This document shows, in pieces, positions 17,167 to 24,237 of a DNA stretch of 29,596 nucleotides. The translations under genes and the position numbers were made by a program. A model generated the notes under the pieces. It was not told the origin of the DNA, did not search any database, and saw only the letters and a list, made by a program, of their open reading frames with translations. How positions within the stretch are numbered: the first letter of the stretch is position 1; each line of letters begins with the position of its first letter. Source of the DNA: a virus. Its lineage: Duplodnaviria; Caudoviricetes. Location: positions 1-29,596 of the IMG/VR virus record IMGVR_UViG_3300008255_004732; one strand, written 5' to 3'.

Positions 17167-19014
17167 ATGTCAGAAAAAATATCAAAACTAGTAGATCTTT
17201 ATCAGAACGATTTATCAGCTATTGAACTAACACATCAATCTTTTGATGAAAAAGAAAAGGTGTTGATGAGTTCTAGTGTTGACCAAATAACAGAAAAAGA
17301 AACCAGATCAAAAGTAACGGATCCTACCATGTTATCAGCCGTGCTTAAGCAAAATAATCAGGTCATGGCGCAAATGCCGTCTGGTAAGGTAACAGCCCTA
17401 ACCAAAGAAAATAAAGGTAAATCGGCTTTCATGGATGTAATCCTCCACAATCACATTTTACCTAACGCAAATAGTCAGTACGATCCATTCACCAAATTTT
17501 GGATGCTTTCCTTCTATAGGAAGGTGTACGGTTCTTTTGGTGTGTTGGTCGATTTCATGACTAATAAAAGTTATACTGGTCCTGATTTCACACTGTTACC
17601 AGCCAGATCAATTATTCCTCAGTCAGGAAAGGTGACGGTGGAAGATAGTGATAGGTTATGGGTAAGGTCTAGGGTAAGCAAAAGTTGGCTAGAGGATAGG
17701 GATCCAAAATACTGGAAAAATATTGACAAGATATTAGAAACTAAAGGTGATTCTTTTGATACAAATGCCCAAAGTTACGTAGAAAGGTCAAACAGTGGAA
17801 TAATGGTTAAGAAGGACGAGTTTGAATTAGTGACTTGTTATGAAGGTGACAGGTGGAGAACATTTCATGCAGCTACTAAGACGGAAATAAGAGACCTTGA
17901 TAAGTCAAAGGGTGATAACAAGATCCCTGTGGTTATGTGCCACTCATACCCATTACTCGATAGATTTTTTGGATTAGGTGATTTTGAAAGAGGTATGACA
18001 CTCCATTCCTCTCTTGGAAGTTTGATAAACCTTTACATGGATGGTGTGAAAATGGGTATATTCCCGCCAACTAAGGTAGATCCATCAATGGTGGAGAATT
18101 GGGATGATTTTAAGGATGGCGTAGGACCTGGGCAAATATATCTAATGAGAAAGTCTAACTTTGACGGTATCGAACAAATGACCGTCAATCCTTCTGGTAT
18201 CCAGTCATTTCAATCAACGTACCAATTCCTCAAGGCAGCTATTTTAACTGTTACCAATACTAGCGATACTAGTATCTCTCAGAAAATGGATCCTGGATTT
18301 GGAAAGACTCCTCAAGCACTTAAAATGCAAGCGTTCTCTCAGGGAATGCAGACTCAATTTGACAGAAGAATGCTAGAACTCAGTGTGGAGAAGATTTACG
18401 ACAGAATGATAGATCTTGTAGCCAGAAGACAGGAAAAACCAATGGAAATGTTCCTCAAGGGAGCAGATTTAGAGAAAATTAAGTCAATAAATCCTGATGT
18501 TGTCGAAATGTTCGAAGTCGGAGATATGGGCAAGGTTAAAATTAAACCACAAGACGTCAATAATGTAGAGTATCGTTATGAAATAGATCAAGGTTCCACC
18601 ACCAAGAAAGATGAGATGTTGGAAAACTCAACCCTCAGTGAAGTCTTGGCCTTTGTTGCCAAGATACCAGGCGCTATGGAGCTACTAGCCACCGGAAAGA
18701 GGCTTCCTCTTGGAAAGAATAAATCTCTTGATCTAGGTGAGCTGGTACAAAGATGGATGATTTCTGGAGGGACAACCGATTGGGATAAAATTATCGTAGA
18801 TGACGCAGCCATGGACCCACAAGCAGAAGAAGGTGGTGAAGGAGAGCAAGTTCAGCAAGACCAAGATCTCAACATGGAAGACCCGAATATAGCAAACGTA
18901 ACTAATCAGGCGTTAAGAGGGGCCCCGGAACAAACTAATCAGCCTATCAATCTACAAGACCCGGCAATATCGCAGGCATTCTCAGAATTACAAAATTTAG
19001 GAGCTAACCAATAA
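17167..19014 (+). CDS. Portal protein (alternative TTG start at 17158)
   Basis: About 615 aa, between TerL and scaffold/coat; 'KVYGSFG', 'RFFGLG', 'GKTP..L', acidic Q-rich tail as in podovirus portals. Confidence 0.82.
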   Translation: MSEKISKLVDLYQNDLSAIELTHQSFDEKEKVLMSSSVDQITEKETRSKVTDPTMLSAVLKQNNQVMAQMPSGKVTALTKENKGKSAFMDVILHNHILPNANSQYDPFTKFWMLSFYRKVYGSFGVLVDFMTNKSYTGPDFTLLPARSIIPQSGKVTVEDSDRLWVRSRVSKSWLEDRDPKYWKNIDKILETKGDSFDTNAQSYVERSNSGIMVKKDEFELVTCYEGDRWRTFHAATKTEIRDLDKSKGDNKIPVVMCHSYPLLDRFFGLGDFERGMTLHSSLGSLINLYMDGVKMGIFPPTKVDPSMVENWDDFKDGVGPGQIYLMRKSNFDGIEQMTVNPSGIQSFQSTYQFLKAAILTVTNTSDTSISQKMDPGFGKTPQALKMQAFSQGMQTQFDRRMLELSVEKIYDRMIDLVARRQEKPMEMFLKGADLEKIKSINPDVVEMFEVGDMGKVKIKPQDVNNVEYRYEIDQGSTTKKDEMLENSTLSEVLAFVAKIPGAMELLATGKRLPLGKNKSLDLGELVQRWMISGGTTDWDKIIVDDAAMDPQAEEGGEGEQVQQDQDLNMEDPNIANVTNQALRGAPEQTNQPINLQDPAISQAFSELQNLGANQ

Positions 19015-19334
19015 TGCCAGAAGAAGCAATACACGCAGGCAGCGATGCCATATTTGCTAGTTATAGGAAACTACAAGAGAAACCTCAAATTAAGAGAGAG
19101 AAGAGTAGGCAAGAACGAGTATCCAATTTAGACAAGTCCGATAGCTGGAAAGCAATATCAGAGACAATCGATATTTACATCCAAAGTCTAAAGGATCTTC
19201 GTGGTATAACCAGCAACGATACGGTGGAAGCTGTAGGATTCAGATTTCTTGCCTCCCAACTTGCCATAGAATACTTAGAAAACGTCAAAGAGCTGCCATC
19301 TAGAGCAGCCAAAGCTCTTAAAAAAGATGAGTAG
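19014..19334 (+). CDS. Small helical head-module protein
   Basis: TAATG coupling to the portal gene. Confidence 0.65.
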   Translation: MPEEAIHAGSDAIFASYRKLQEKPQIKREKSRQERVSNLDKSDSWKAISETIDIYIQSLKDLRGITSNDTVEAVGFRFLASQLAIEYLENVKELPSRAAKALKKDE

Positions 19335-19608
19335 AAGAAGAGATAGGTACATCGAACCAGAGATCATTAAAGTAGTTGAAGAAAAAGAAGAGGACTTGAT
19401 TGAGAATTTGGTCCCAGGTATATCAAAGGATGAGCTGGAGAGTCTAAGAAAAAATGCCATTGATAAGGCTAAAACTACAAGACACTCTTGGAAACAAAAA
19501 GGCTTTTGGTTGGTTTGCCGATCATGTGAGTACCCCCATTCCTCCTGGATAGGACCGGGAAAGGTAATGGTGGGTGAGCAAGATGATGGTACCCCAATCT
19601 TTCAATAG
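19327..19608 (+). CDS. Hypothetical protein with H..CxxC..H metal-binding motif
   Basis: 'HSWKQKG..LVCRSCEYPH'. Confidence 0.65.
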   Translation: MSRRRDRYIEPEIIKVVEEKEEDLIENLVPGISKDELESLRKNAIDKAKTTRHSWKQKGFWLVCRSCEYPHSSWIGPGKVMVGEQDDGTPIFQ

Positions 19609-19610
19609 CT

Positions 19611-19690
19611 TTGACAGACATTGTAGTTTTTGTTATTATTAATTATCGTAACCGAGACAAGGGCGACCAGAAATGGTCGTCCTTTTTTTT
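19611..19690 (+). promoter_or_regulatory. Leader element copy 2: near-consensus sigma70 promoter, CGTAACC hairpin, overlapping terminator
   Basis: TTGACA-17 nt-TATTAT with TG extension; TCG-TAA-CC-gagacaa-GG-G-CGA; terminator GGGCGACCA-gaaa-TGGTCGTCC plus T8. Confidence 0.8.
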
Positions 19691-19742
19691 GGTTTAGAGA
19701 AGTGCGGTCGACCCCACTTATTAGCGAGGTCAGTAACAAACT

Positions 19743-20555
19743 ATGGCAGAAAATGAAACCATGGGGGTAGTGGAAACCCCGCAGGCTACGCCACCTGCTC
19801 AAGGAAGTAATCCACCAGTAGATGATGAGGTCATCGAAACCTCAGAAGTCGAAAGTGAAGAGCAACCAGCCCAAACGAGTGAGAATCAGGACGGGAATCC
19901 TGAGGATCAAGCGGAAAAGCAAGAGGTAAAACCTACTAGATCTGAACGCAGAATCGGACAACTTTTAAACAAGTTGAAAGAATCTGGTAAAACAGAAGTA
20001 CAACCTAGTAATCAACGACCAGGAGAAGATCCTGGATCTCTTTTTACTCCAGAAGAGTTAGAAGAAGGAGTTGTAGATCCTGAATCCCTCGATAAGAGGA
20101 TATCCGATAGGATTAATTCAGGTATACAACAAGCTCTCCAGAAAGAGAAGGAAAACCAAGAAATGGCTAAAGTTAGACAAGAGTTTAACAATGCTGCCAA
20201 AGAACACGAGTCAGACTTAGAAGGAGTAAAGGATCTTGATCCTAGTATTGAAAAGCTAGCAGTCCAGCAATATAACGCTTTGAATTTTCAGTACAACCCT
20301 ATAACGGGCAAACAAATGTTCGTTCCTGCTGTTAAGTTCTCTGAGATTGTTAACAAGATCAACGAGACTGTCCAAAAAGTAGCGGGGGGTAATCAACCTG
20401 GAGAGGTCGATAGTTCTGAAGATAATAAACAATATTCTCAAAGTGTCTCTCAAACACAAGCTATTCCAACAAATGGTTCTATATCCTCACCTAAGAAAGT
20501 ACGGGAAGATACCACCGACTTTAGTGAGTTTGAAAAAACATTTGGCTCGAAATAA
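19743..20555 (+). CDS. Capsid scaffolding protein
   Basis: Acidic disordered N-terminus, 'SERRIGQLL' motif, coiled coil; directly upstream of the coat gene. Confidence 0.75.
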   Translation: MAENETMGVVETPQATPPAQGSNPPVDDEVIETSEVESEEQPAQTSENQDGNPEDQAEKQEVKPTRSERRIGQLLNKLKESGKTEVQPSNQRPGEDPGSLFTPEELEEGVVDPESLDKRISDRINSGIQQALQKEKENQEMAKVRQEFNNAAKEHESDLEGVKDLDPSIEKLAVQQYNALNFQYNPITGKQMFVPAVKFSEIVNKINETVQKVAGGNQPGEVDSSEDNKQYSQSVSQTQAIPTNGSISSPKKVREDTTDFSEFEKTFGSK

Positions 20556-20591
20556 TTCCCTTTATTAAATACTTAATATAAGGAGAAATAA

Positions 20592-21827
20592 ATGGCTAAT
20601 TCATTTACAACCGAACAGAAGGTAGCTAACGCTTTCCTTTTGCTCTTAAAAAATGCCCTTGTTATGGGCAAACTAGTTACTACCAAATTCGATAAAGAGT
20701 TTACTAACAGTGAAGTCGCAGTTGGCGATACTGTTAAAGTCAGAAGGCCTCCAGAATACACCGTCCGTGATGGTCGTGTAGCCAGTGCCCAAGACGTTAT
20801 CGTAGGTTCTGCAGATGTCACCATTGATAAGCAAAAAGGTGTTGATATCAGCTTTACATCCAAGGAAGAGACTCTCTCTGTAGACGAACTTCTAAAAGAT
20901 GAGAACTTAAAAGCTCAAGCTTCTGTCCTTGCTCAGCAAATTGATGAGGATTTAATCGCTCAAACGCTTAAATTCCCCAACTGGGTAGGTACTCCAGGTC
21001 AAACTGTTAGTACTGCCGCTAAGTTCTTTGCTGGTCCTCAACGCATGGATGAACTCGCAATCCCTCAAGAAGGTCGTGCTGCTGTCCTTTCACCTTCTGA
21101 TTACTGGGCTCTTGCCGCAACCTTCACAGGTCTAAACGCTTCTGATGGCACAGTTAAGACTGCTCTTGAGAAGGCTAAGCTTCCTATGCTTGGTAACTGC
21201 CAGCCTTACATGACCCAGAACGTGGTCAATTTGACTGTCGGTACTAGAACAGCCTCCGGTGCTGCAACAATCAATGGTGCAGACCAGAATGTTGCTTACG
21301 CAGACGTTAAAAGCACATACAAGCAATCTTTGTTACTTAAGACTTTAACTGCTGGTCACACCATTAAAGCTGGTGAGATCTTCACCATTGCTGGTGTAAA
21401 CGCTGTTAACCCAAGATCCAAAGCCGATCTCGGATACCTACAGCAATTCGTAGTTCTAGCCGATGCTACTGCAGATGGTAGTGGTTTAGCCACTGTCTCT
21501 ATCAGCAATCCTATTATCATTTCTGGTGCGTACAAGACTTGTACCGCTGCTCCTGCAAACGGTGCTGCTGTTACCTTCCTAGGTACTGCTTCTACCGCTT
21601 ATAGGCAAAATGCTGTCTTCCACAAGGGAGCCATTGCTTTAGTAGGTGCAAAACTAGTTACTCCTAGTGTAGGTAAAGTCGCTTTCGCTACTGATCCTGA
21701 AACTGGTATTAGCATCCGATACTGGAAGACCTCAGACGGTACCAATGACACTCATTTGAATCGATGTGATGTGTTATACGGAACTGCCTGTCTAGATCCT
21801 AGACTCGGTGTAAGATTAAGCGGCTAG
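20592..21827 (+). CDS. Major capsid protein, P22 coat (gp5)-like
   Basis: AAGGAG RBS; 'MANSF', 'GDTVKVRRP', 'GEIFTIAGV.AVNP', 'FHKGAIAL', 'RCDVLYG'. Confidence 0.9.
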   Translation: MANSFTTEQKVANAFLLLLKNALVMGKLVTTKFDKEFTNSEVAVGDTVKVRRPPEYTVRDGRVASAQDVIVGSADVTIDKQKGVDISFTSKEETLSVDELLKDENLKAQASVLAQQIDEDLIAQTLKFPNWVGTPGQTVSTAAKFFAGPQRMDELAIPQEGRAAVLSPSDYWALAATFTGLNASDGTVKTALEKAKLPMLGNCQPYMTQNVVNLTVGTRTASGAATINGADQNVAYADVKSTYKQSLLLKTLTAGHTIKAGEIFTIAGVNAVNPRSKADLGYLQQFVVLADATADGSGLATVSISNPIIISGAYKTCTAAPANGAAVTFLGTASTAYRQNAVFHKGAIALVGAKLVTPSVGKVAFATDPETGISIRYWKTSDGTNDTHLNRCDVLYGTACLDPRLGVRLSG

Positions 21828-21850
21828 TCAAAGCCTTAATTAGAACCAAT

Positions 21851-21887
21851 GGGGGAGTGGTCGTAAATGACTGCTCCCTCTTGTTTT
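21851..21887 (+). terminator. Intrinsic terminator after the coat gene
   Basis: GGGGGAGTGGTC-gtaaat-GACTGCTCCCTC then TTGTTTT. Confidence 0.7.
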
Positions 21888-21951
21888 GCTATAATTAAGT
21901 GTTAACCGTAACCAAATACAGGGCGGCCTAGAGATAGGTCGCTCTTTTTTT
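21887..21951 (+). promoter_or_regulatory. Leader element copy 3: extended -10 promoter, CGTAACC hairpin, overlapping terminator
   Basis: TGcTATAAT (21887-21895), ATGACT 17 nt upstream of the -10; CCG-TAA-CC-aaataca-GG-G-CGG; terminator GGGCGGCCTA-gaga-TAGGTCGCTC plus T7. Confidence 0.78.
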
Positions 21952-21977
21952 ATTATTAGTACTAAAAAGGAGATCAT

Positions 21978-22388
21978 ATGACAAATATGTTGTCAGTCAA
22001 CGAAAAAGAGCCAGTAAAAACTGGTACGCCAGGTTATAAAGAGTTCCCAAAGTGGATGTACGGTCCCAATGGTGAATCTCAAATCTTTAATAGTGAGGTC
22101 GAGATACTCGAAGGATGGCAAGATCATCCTAGTAAAGTTGAAGGGTTCAAAGAGGCAGTCTCTGAAACTCAGGAAGAGCTTCAGGAAGAAGTCGTGAAAG
22201 GAATAGACCCATCTGATGAAGCCATCACTCAAGAAGCCATTAAAGCTAATCTAGAGAAAACAGCCATGCCAAAGCTCTGGAAGATGTGCAAGGATTTAGG
22301 TATTAGCAAAGAAGGTAAGAAGAACGAAGTCGTAGACAGAATCTTCGCCACCCTTGAAGAAAGAGCACCTAAAGTTATCAGTGAATAA
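21978..22388 (+). CDS. Post-coat protein with C-terminal SAP/HeH-like domain
   Basis: AAGGAG RBS; 'EFPKWMY...EGWQDHP' N-domain; 'LWKMCKDLGISKEGKKNEVVDRI' helix-extension-helix. Confidence 0.75.
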   Translation: MTNMLSVNEKEPVKTGTPGYKEFPKWMYGPNGESQIFNSEVEILEGWQDHPSKVEGFKEAVSETQEELQEEVVKGIDPSDEAITQEAIKANLEKTAMPKLWKMCKDLGISKEGKKNEVVDRIFATLEERAPKVISE

Positions 22389-22423
22389 GTTGTCGTAAAA
22401 GTAAAATATTACTTTGTTCCAAA

Positions 22424-22457
22424 AGAGAAGGTCGCTTAACAGCGGCCTTTTCTGTTT
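22424..22457 (+). terminator. Terminator-like hairpin
   Basis: AGAGAAGGTCGCT-taac-AGCGGCCTTTTCT after the stop codon. Confidence 0.6.
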
Positions 22458-22462
22458 AATTA

Positions 22463-22491
22463 TTGCACTCAAGGCCTTGCTCTGCTAAAAT
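22463..22491 (+). promoter_or_regulatory. Sigma70-type promoter
   Basis: TTGCAC-17 nt-TAAAAT with TG extension. Confidence 0.6.
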
Positions 22492-22497
22492 GAATTA

Positions 22498-22653
22498 TCC
22501 TTAAAATTAGGTCAGGCAGAATGCCTTAGAGGGGGACACCACTTGCACCCCACTAAGGACTCTAAGGCAGTCTATCCGACCTAATTAAAAATAAAGCAAG
22601 TGACGTCTTGACTTGACGTACATCTCGCTTTGTATAGCGAGATTTTTGTTTTT
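22498..22653 (+). ncRNA. Candidate structured leader or sRNA ending in a switchable terminator
   Basis: AATTAGGTC/GACCTAATT and TGCCTTAGAG/CTCTAAGGCA perfect stems; ACGTC/GACGT hairpin; terminator ATCTCGCT/AGCGAGAT plus T-rich tail. Confidence 0.6.
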
Positions 22654-22723
22654 AATGGGAAGAGGAATCAGTTGTCTAAGAAACAATTACCCTAAAAAGT
22701 GTGATTCAGGAGACAATTAGATA

Positions 22724-23035
22724 GTTCTTTAAAAGTCAGGGTCAAAAGTACCTTGAAAGGTAACAGGTGGGGGAGGGGTTCCACATAAGGAGGTGCCGTT
22801 ATGCTTGAAAACATAAACGTAAACAATACCATCCCTAAAGAAGAATTTATATTCGTGAGATCCATTGTGAAGAATGGTGTACGAATATACCCCAAGAATT
22901 CATCAGTATTCAAAATACCAGTGAGTTCTTTAAAAAGAAGAAGTTAACCTTCTTCTATAAAAAAAATTAGAGCTTATTAGTTTAACTCCCTCACCTGTTA
23001 CCATTTAAGCAACAAGACCCTGATTTTAAAAGAGC
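22724..23035 (+). repeat. Imperfect ~50-nt inverted repeat enclosing the 48-aa ORF
   Basis: 22724-22743 pairs with 23016-23035, and 22759-22775 pairs with 22986-23002, with G-U pairs on the + strand. Confidence 0.8.
22801..22947 (+). CDS. 48-aa basic small protein (not in ORF track)
   Basis: Strong AAGGAGGT RBS at 22787-22794; MLENINVNNTIPKEEFIFVRSIVKNGVRIYPKNSSVFKIPVSSLKRRS. Confidence 0.7.
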   Translation: MLENINVNNTIPKEEFIFVRSIVKNGVRIYPKNSSVFKIPVSSLKRRS

Positions 23036-23158
23036 GATTATGATAATAAGTAACGAAGATTCTGAGTAGTTTTGTTCACTATTTGATACATTTGTTATAC
23101 TAAATAGCCAGGTATTATAACACAAAGTTTTTAAAATATTCCTCGAAAATGCTAATCA

Positions 23159-23188
23159 AGTATAGTAGTTTTTTGTGGGTGCCGTCAA
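23159..23188 (-). promoter_or_regulatory. Leftward sigma70-type promoter (antisense to the 48-aa ORF transcript)
   Basis: Minus strand TTGACG-18 nt-TATACT. Confidence 0.5.
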
Positions 23189-23229
23189 TATATCAAATTA
23201 CTTAATAGGTAGTAGTTAGCTCACATAAC

Positions 23230-23258
23230 TTGATATTTAAGTTCAACTATACTAAAAT
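23230..23258 (+). promoter_or_regulatory. Rightward sigma70-type promoter
   Basis: TTGATA-17 nt-TAAAAT. Confidence 0.5.
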
Positions 23259-23295
23259 TATATTAGTAAGTTCTTCTCCCACTATTGGGAACTGA

Positions 23296-23322
23296 GCCAC
23301 GATAATATTTCGTGGTTTTTTT
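23296..23322 (+). terminator. Intrinsic terminator
   Basis: GCCACGA...TCGTGGT with a 7-T run. Confidence 0.65.
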
Positions 23323-23367
23323 CGTTTTAATGGGGTGAGACGTTCTTCCTCCAAGATATGGAGTCTG

Positions 23368-23395
23368 AACCGCAGTGTAATGCTGCGGTTTTTTT
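23368..23395 (+). terminator. Intrinsic terminator
   Basis: AACCGCAGT-gtaat-GCTGCGGTT with a 7-T run. Confidence 0.7.
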
Positions 23396-23417
23396 GTTGC
23401 TCTTTAAAAAATTGGTT

Positions 23418-23687
23418 CTATTTCGCTAAGCCTCTTATTACGAGGTAAGGAAGTATTGTCAGGATTACAAGAATTAGGAATATTGTCGCACCACCAATTA
23501 TTGTAGACAAGCCCATTATTACAGATTGAAGTATCAGTCCAAGGATAAAGCTTATGAAATCACCGTTATAAGCCGCATTAAACAACTCCATAACCCACTG
23601 ATAAACAGCTACTATTCCACCTATGGTTACTGAAATTGTCCACAAGATAGAGAAATATCGACTATGCTTCTCAAAATACTTCTTCAT
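23418..23687 (-). CDS. Small integral membrane protein (moron)
   Basis: Two to three hydrophobic segments; coupled to the CAP gene. Confidence 0.7.
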   Translation of the reverse strand: MKKYFEKHSRYFSILWTISVTIGGIVAVYQWVMELFNAAYNGDFISFILGLILQSVIMGLSTIIGGATIFLILVILTILPYLVIRGLAK

Positions 23688-24202
23688 TATTTTTCTAAAT
23701 TACTAAATATTTGAACACTATAAGGAAATTCTACAACAATACACGAGTATTTAAAATCTGATTCAAGCGCAATCCTATGTGCCTCTGAATCTAGCCAAGA
23801 GTCCAACATTGTTACCGGGTCACCGGATCTACCAACATTCTCACTTAAACGAAAGTTTCTTAGTGGGGATCTTTCAGCATCATAAGAAAGTAAGTAATGA
23901 TCTCCTGGTTTAAATTTCTCTAAATTTGGATCTTCAACAACCCTTTTAATTCTCACCTTAGCAAAATCACACAACATTTGATCCTTAGTATAGGCCTGGA
24001 AACCATTCTGAGTCCTCCAGTTCTGCACTAAAGACCAAAGATTGTCCTCAGTAAGACGTGTATCCGACTCTACAACGGGAGTAGGGGTGACGATTGACTT
24101 ACCAAACGAGGGAATCTCTAGTCTTGAACCAATTAAAAATTCAGTTATTAAAACAAAACAAACGATAGTTGCCAGCAAATATACATATTTTTTCACTGGC
24201 AA
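23687..24202 (-). CDS. Membrane-anchored CAP (SCP-like) domain protein (moron)
   Basis: N-terminal TM; 'LVQNWRTQNG', 'LCDFAKVR', 'H', 'ENVG', 'WLDSEAHR'. Confidence 0.8.
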   Translation of the reverse strand: MPVKKYVYLLATIVCFVLITEFLIGSRLEIPSFGKSIVTPTPVVESDTRLTEDNLWSLVQNWRTQNGFQAYTKDQMLCDFAKVRIKRVVEDPNLEKFKPGDHYLLSYDAERSPLRNFRLSENVGRSGDPVTMLDSWLDSEAHRIALESDFKYSCIVVEFPYSVQIFSNLEK

Positions 24203-24237
24203 TATTATATCACTGTTTGTAAAAAAGGAGACAAATT

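Noticed and set aside
22498-22590. SRP RNA, tRNA or retron msr-msd identity for the long hairpin
   Set aside because: No SRP GNRA-capped domain IV motif, no cloverleaf or T-loop, and no reverse transcriptase was found in the window.
22692-22913. Minus-strand 73-aa ORF from the track
   Set aside because: It is antisense to the 48-aa + strand ORF that has a strong RBS, and its sequence is not protein-like.
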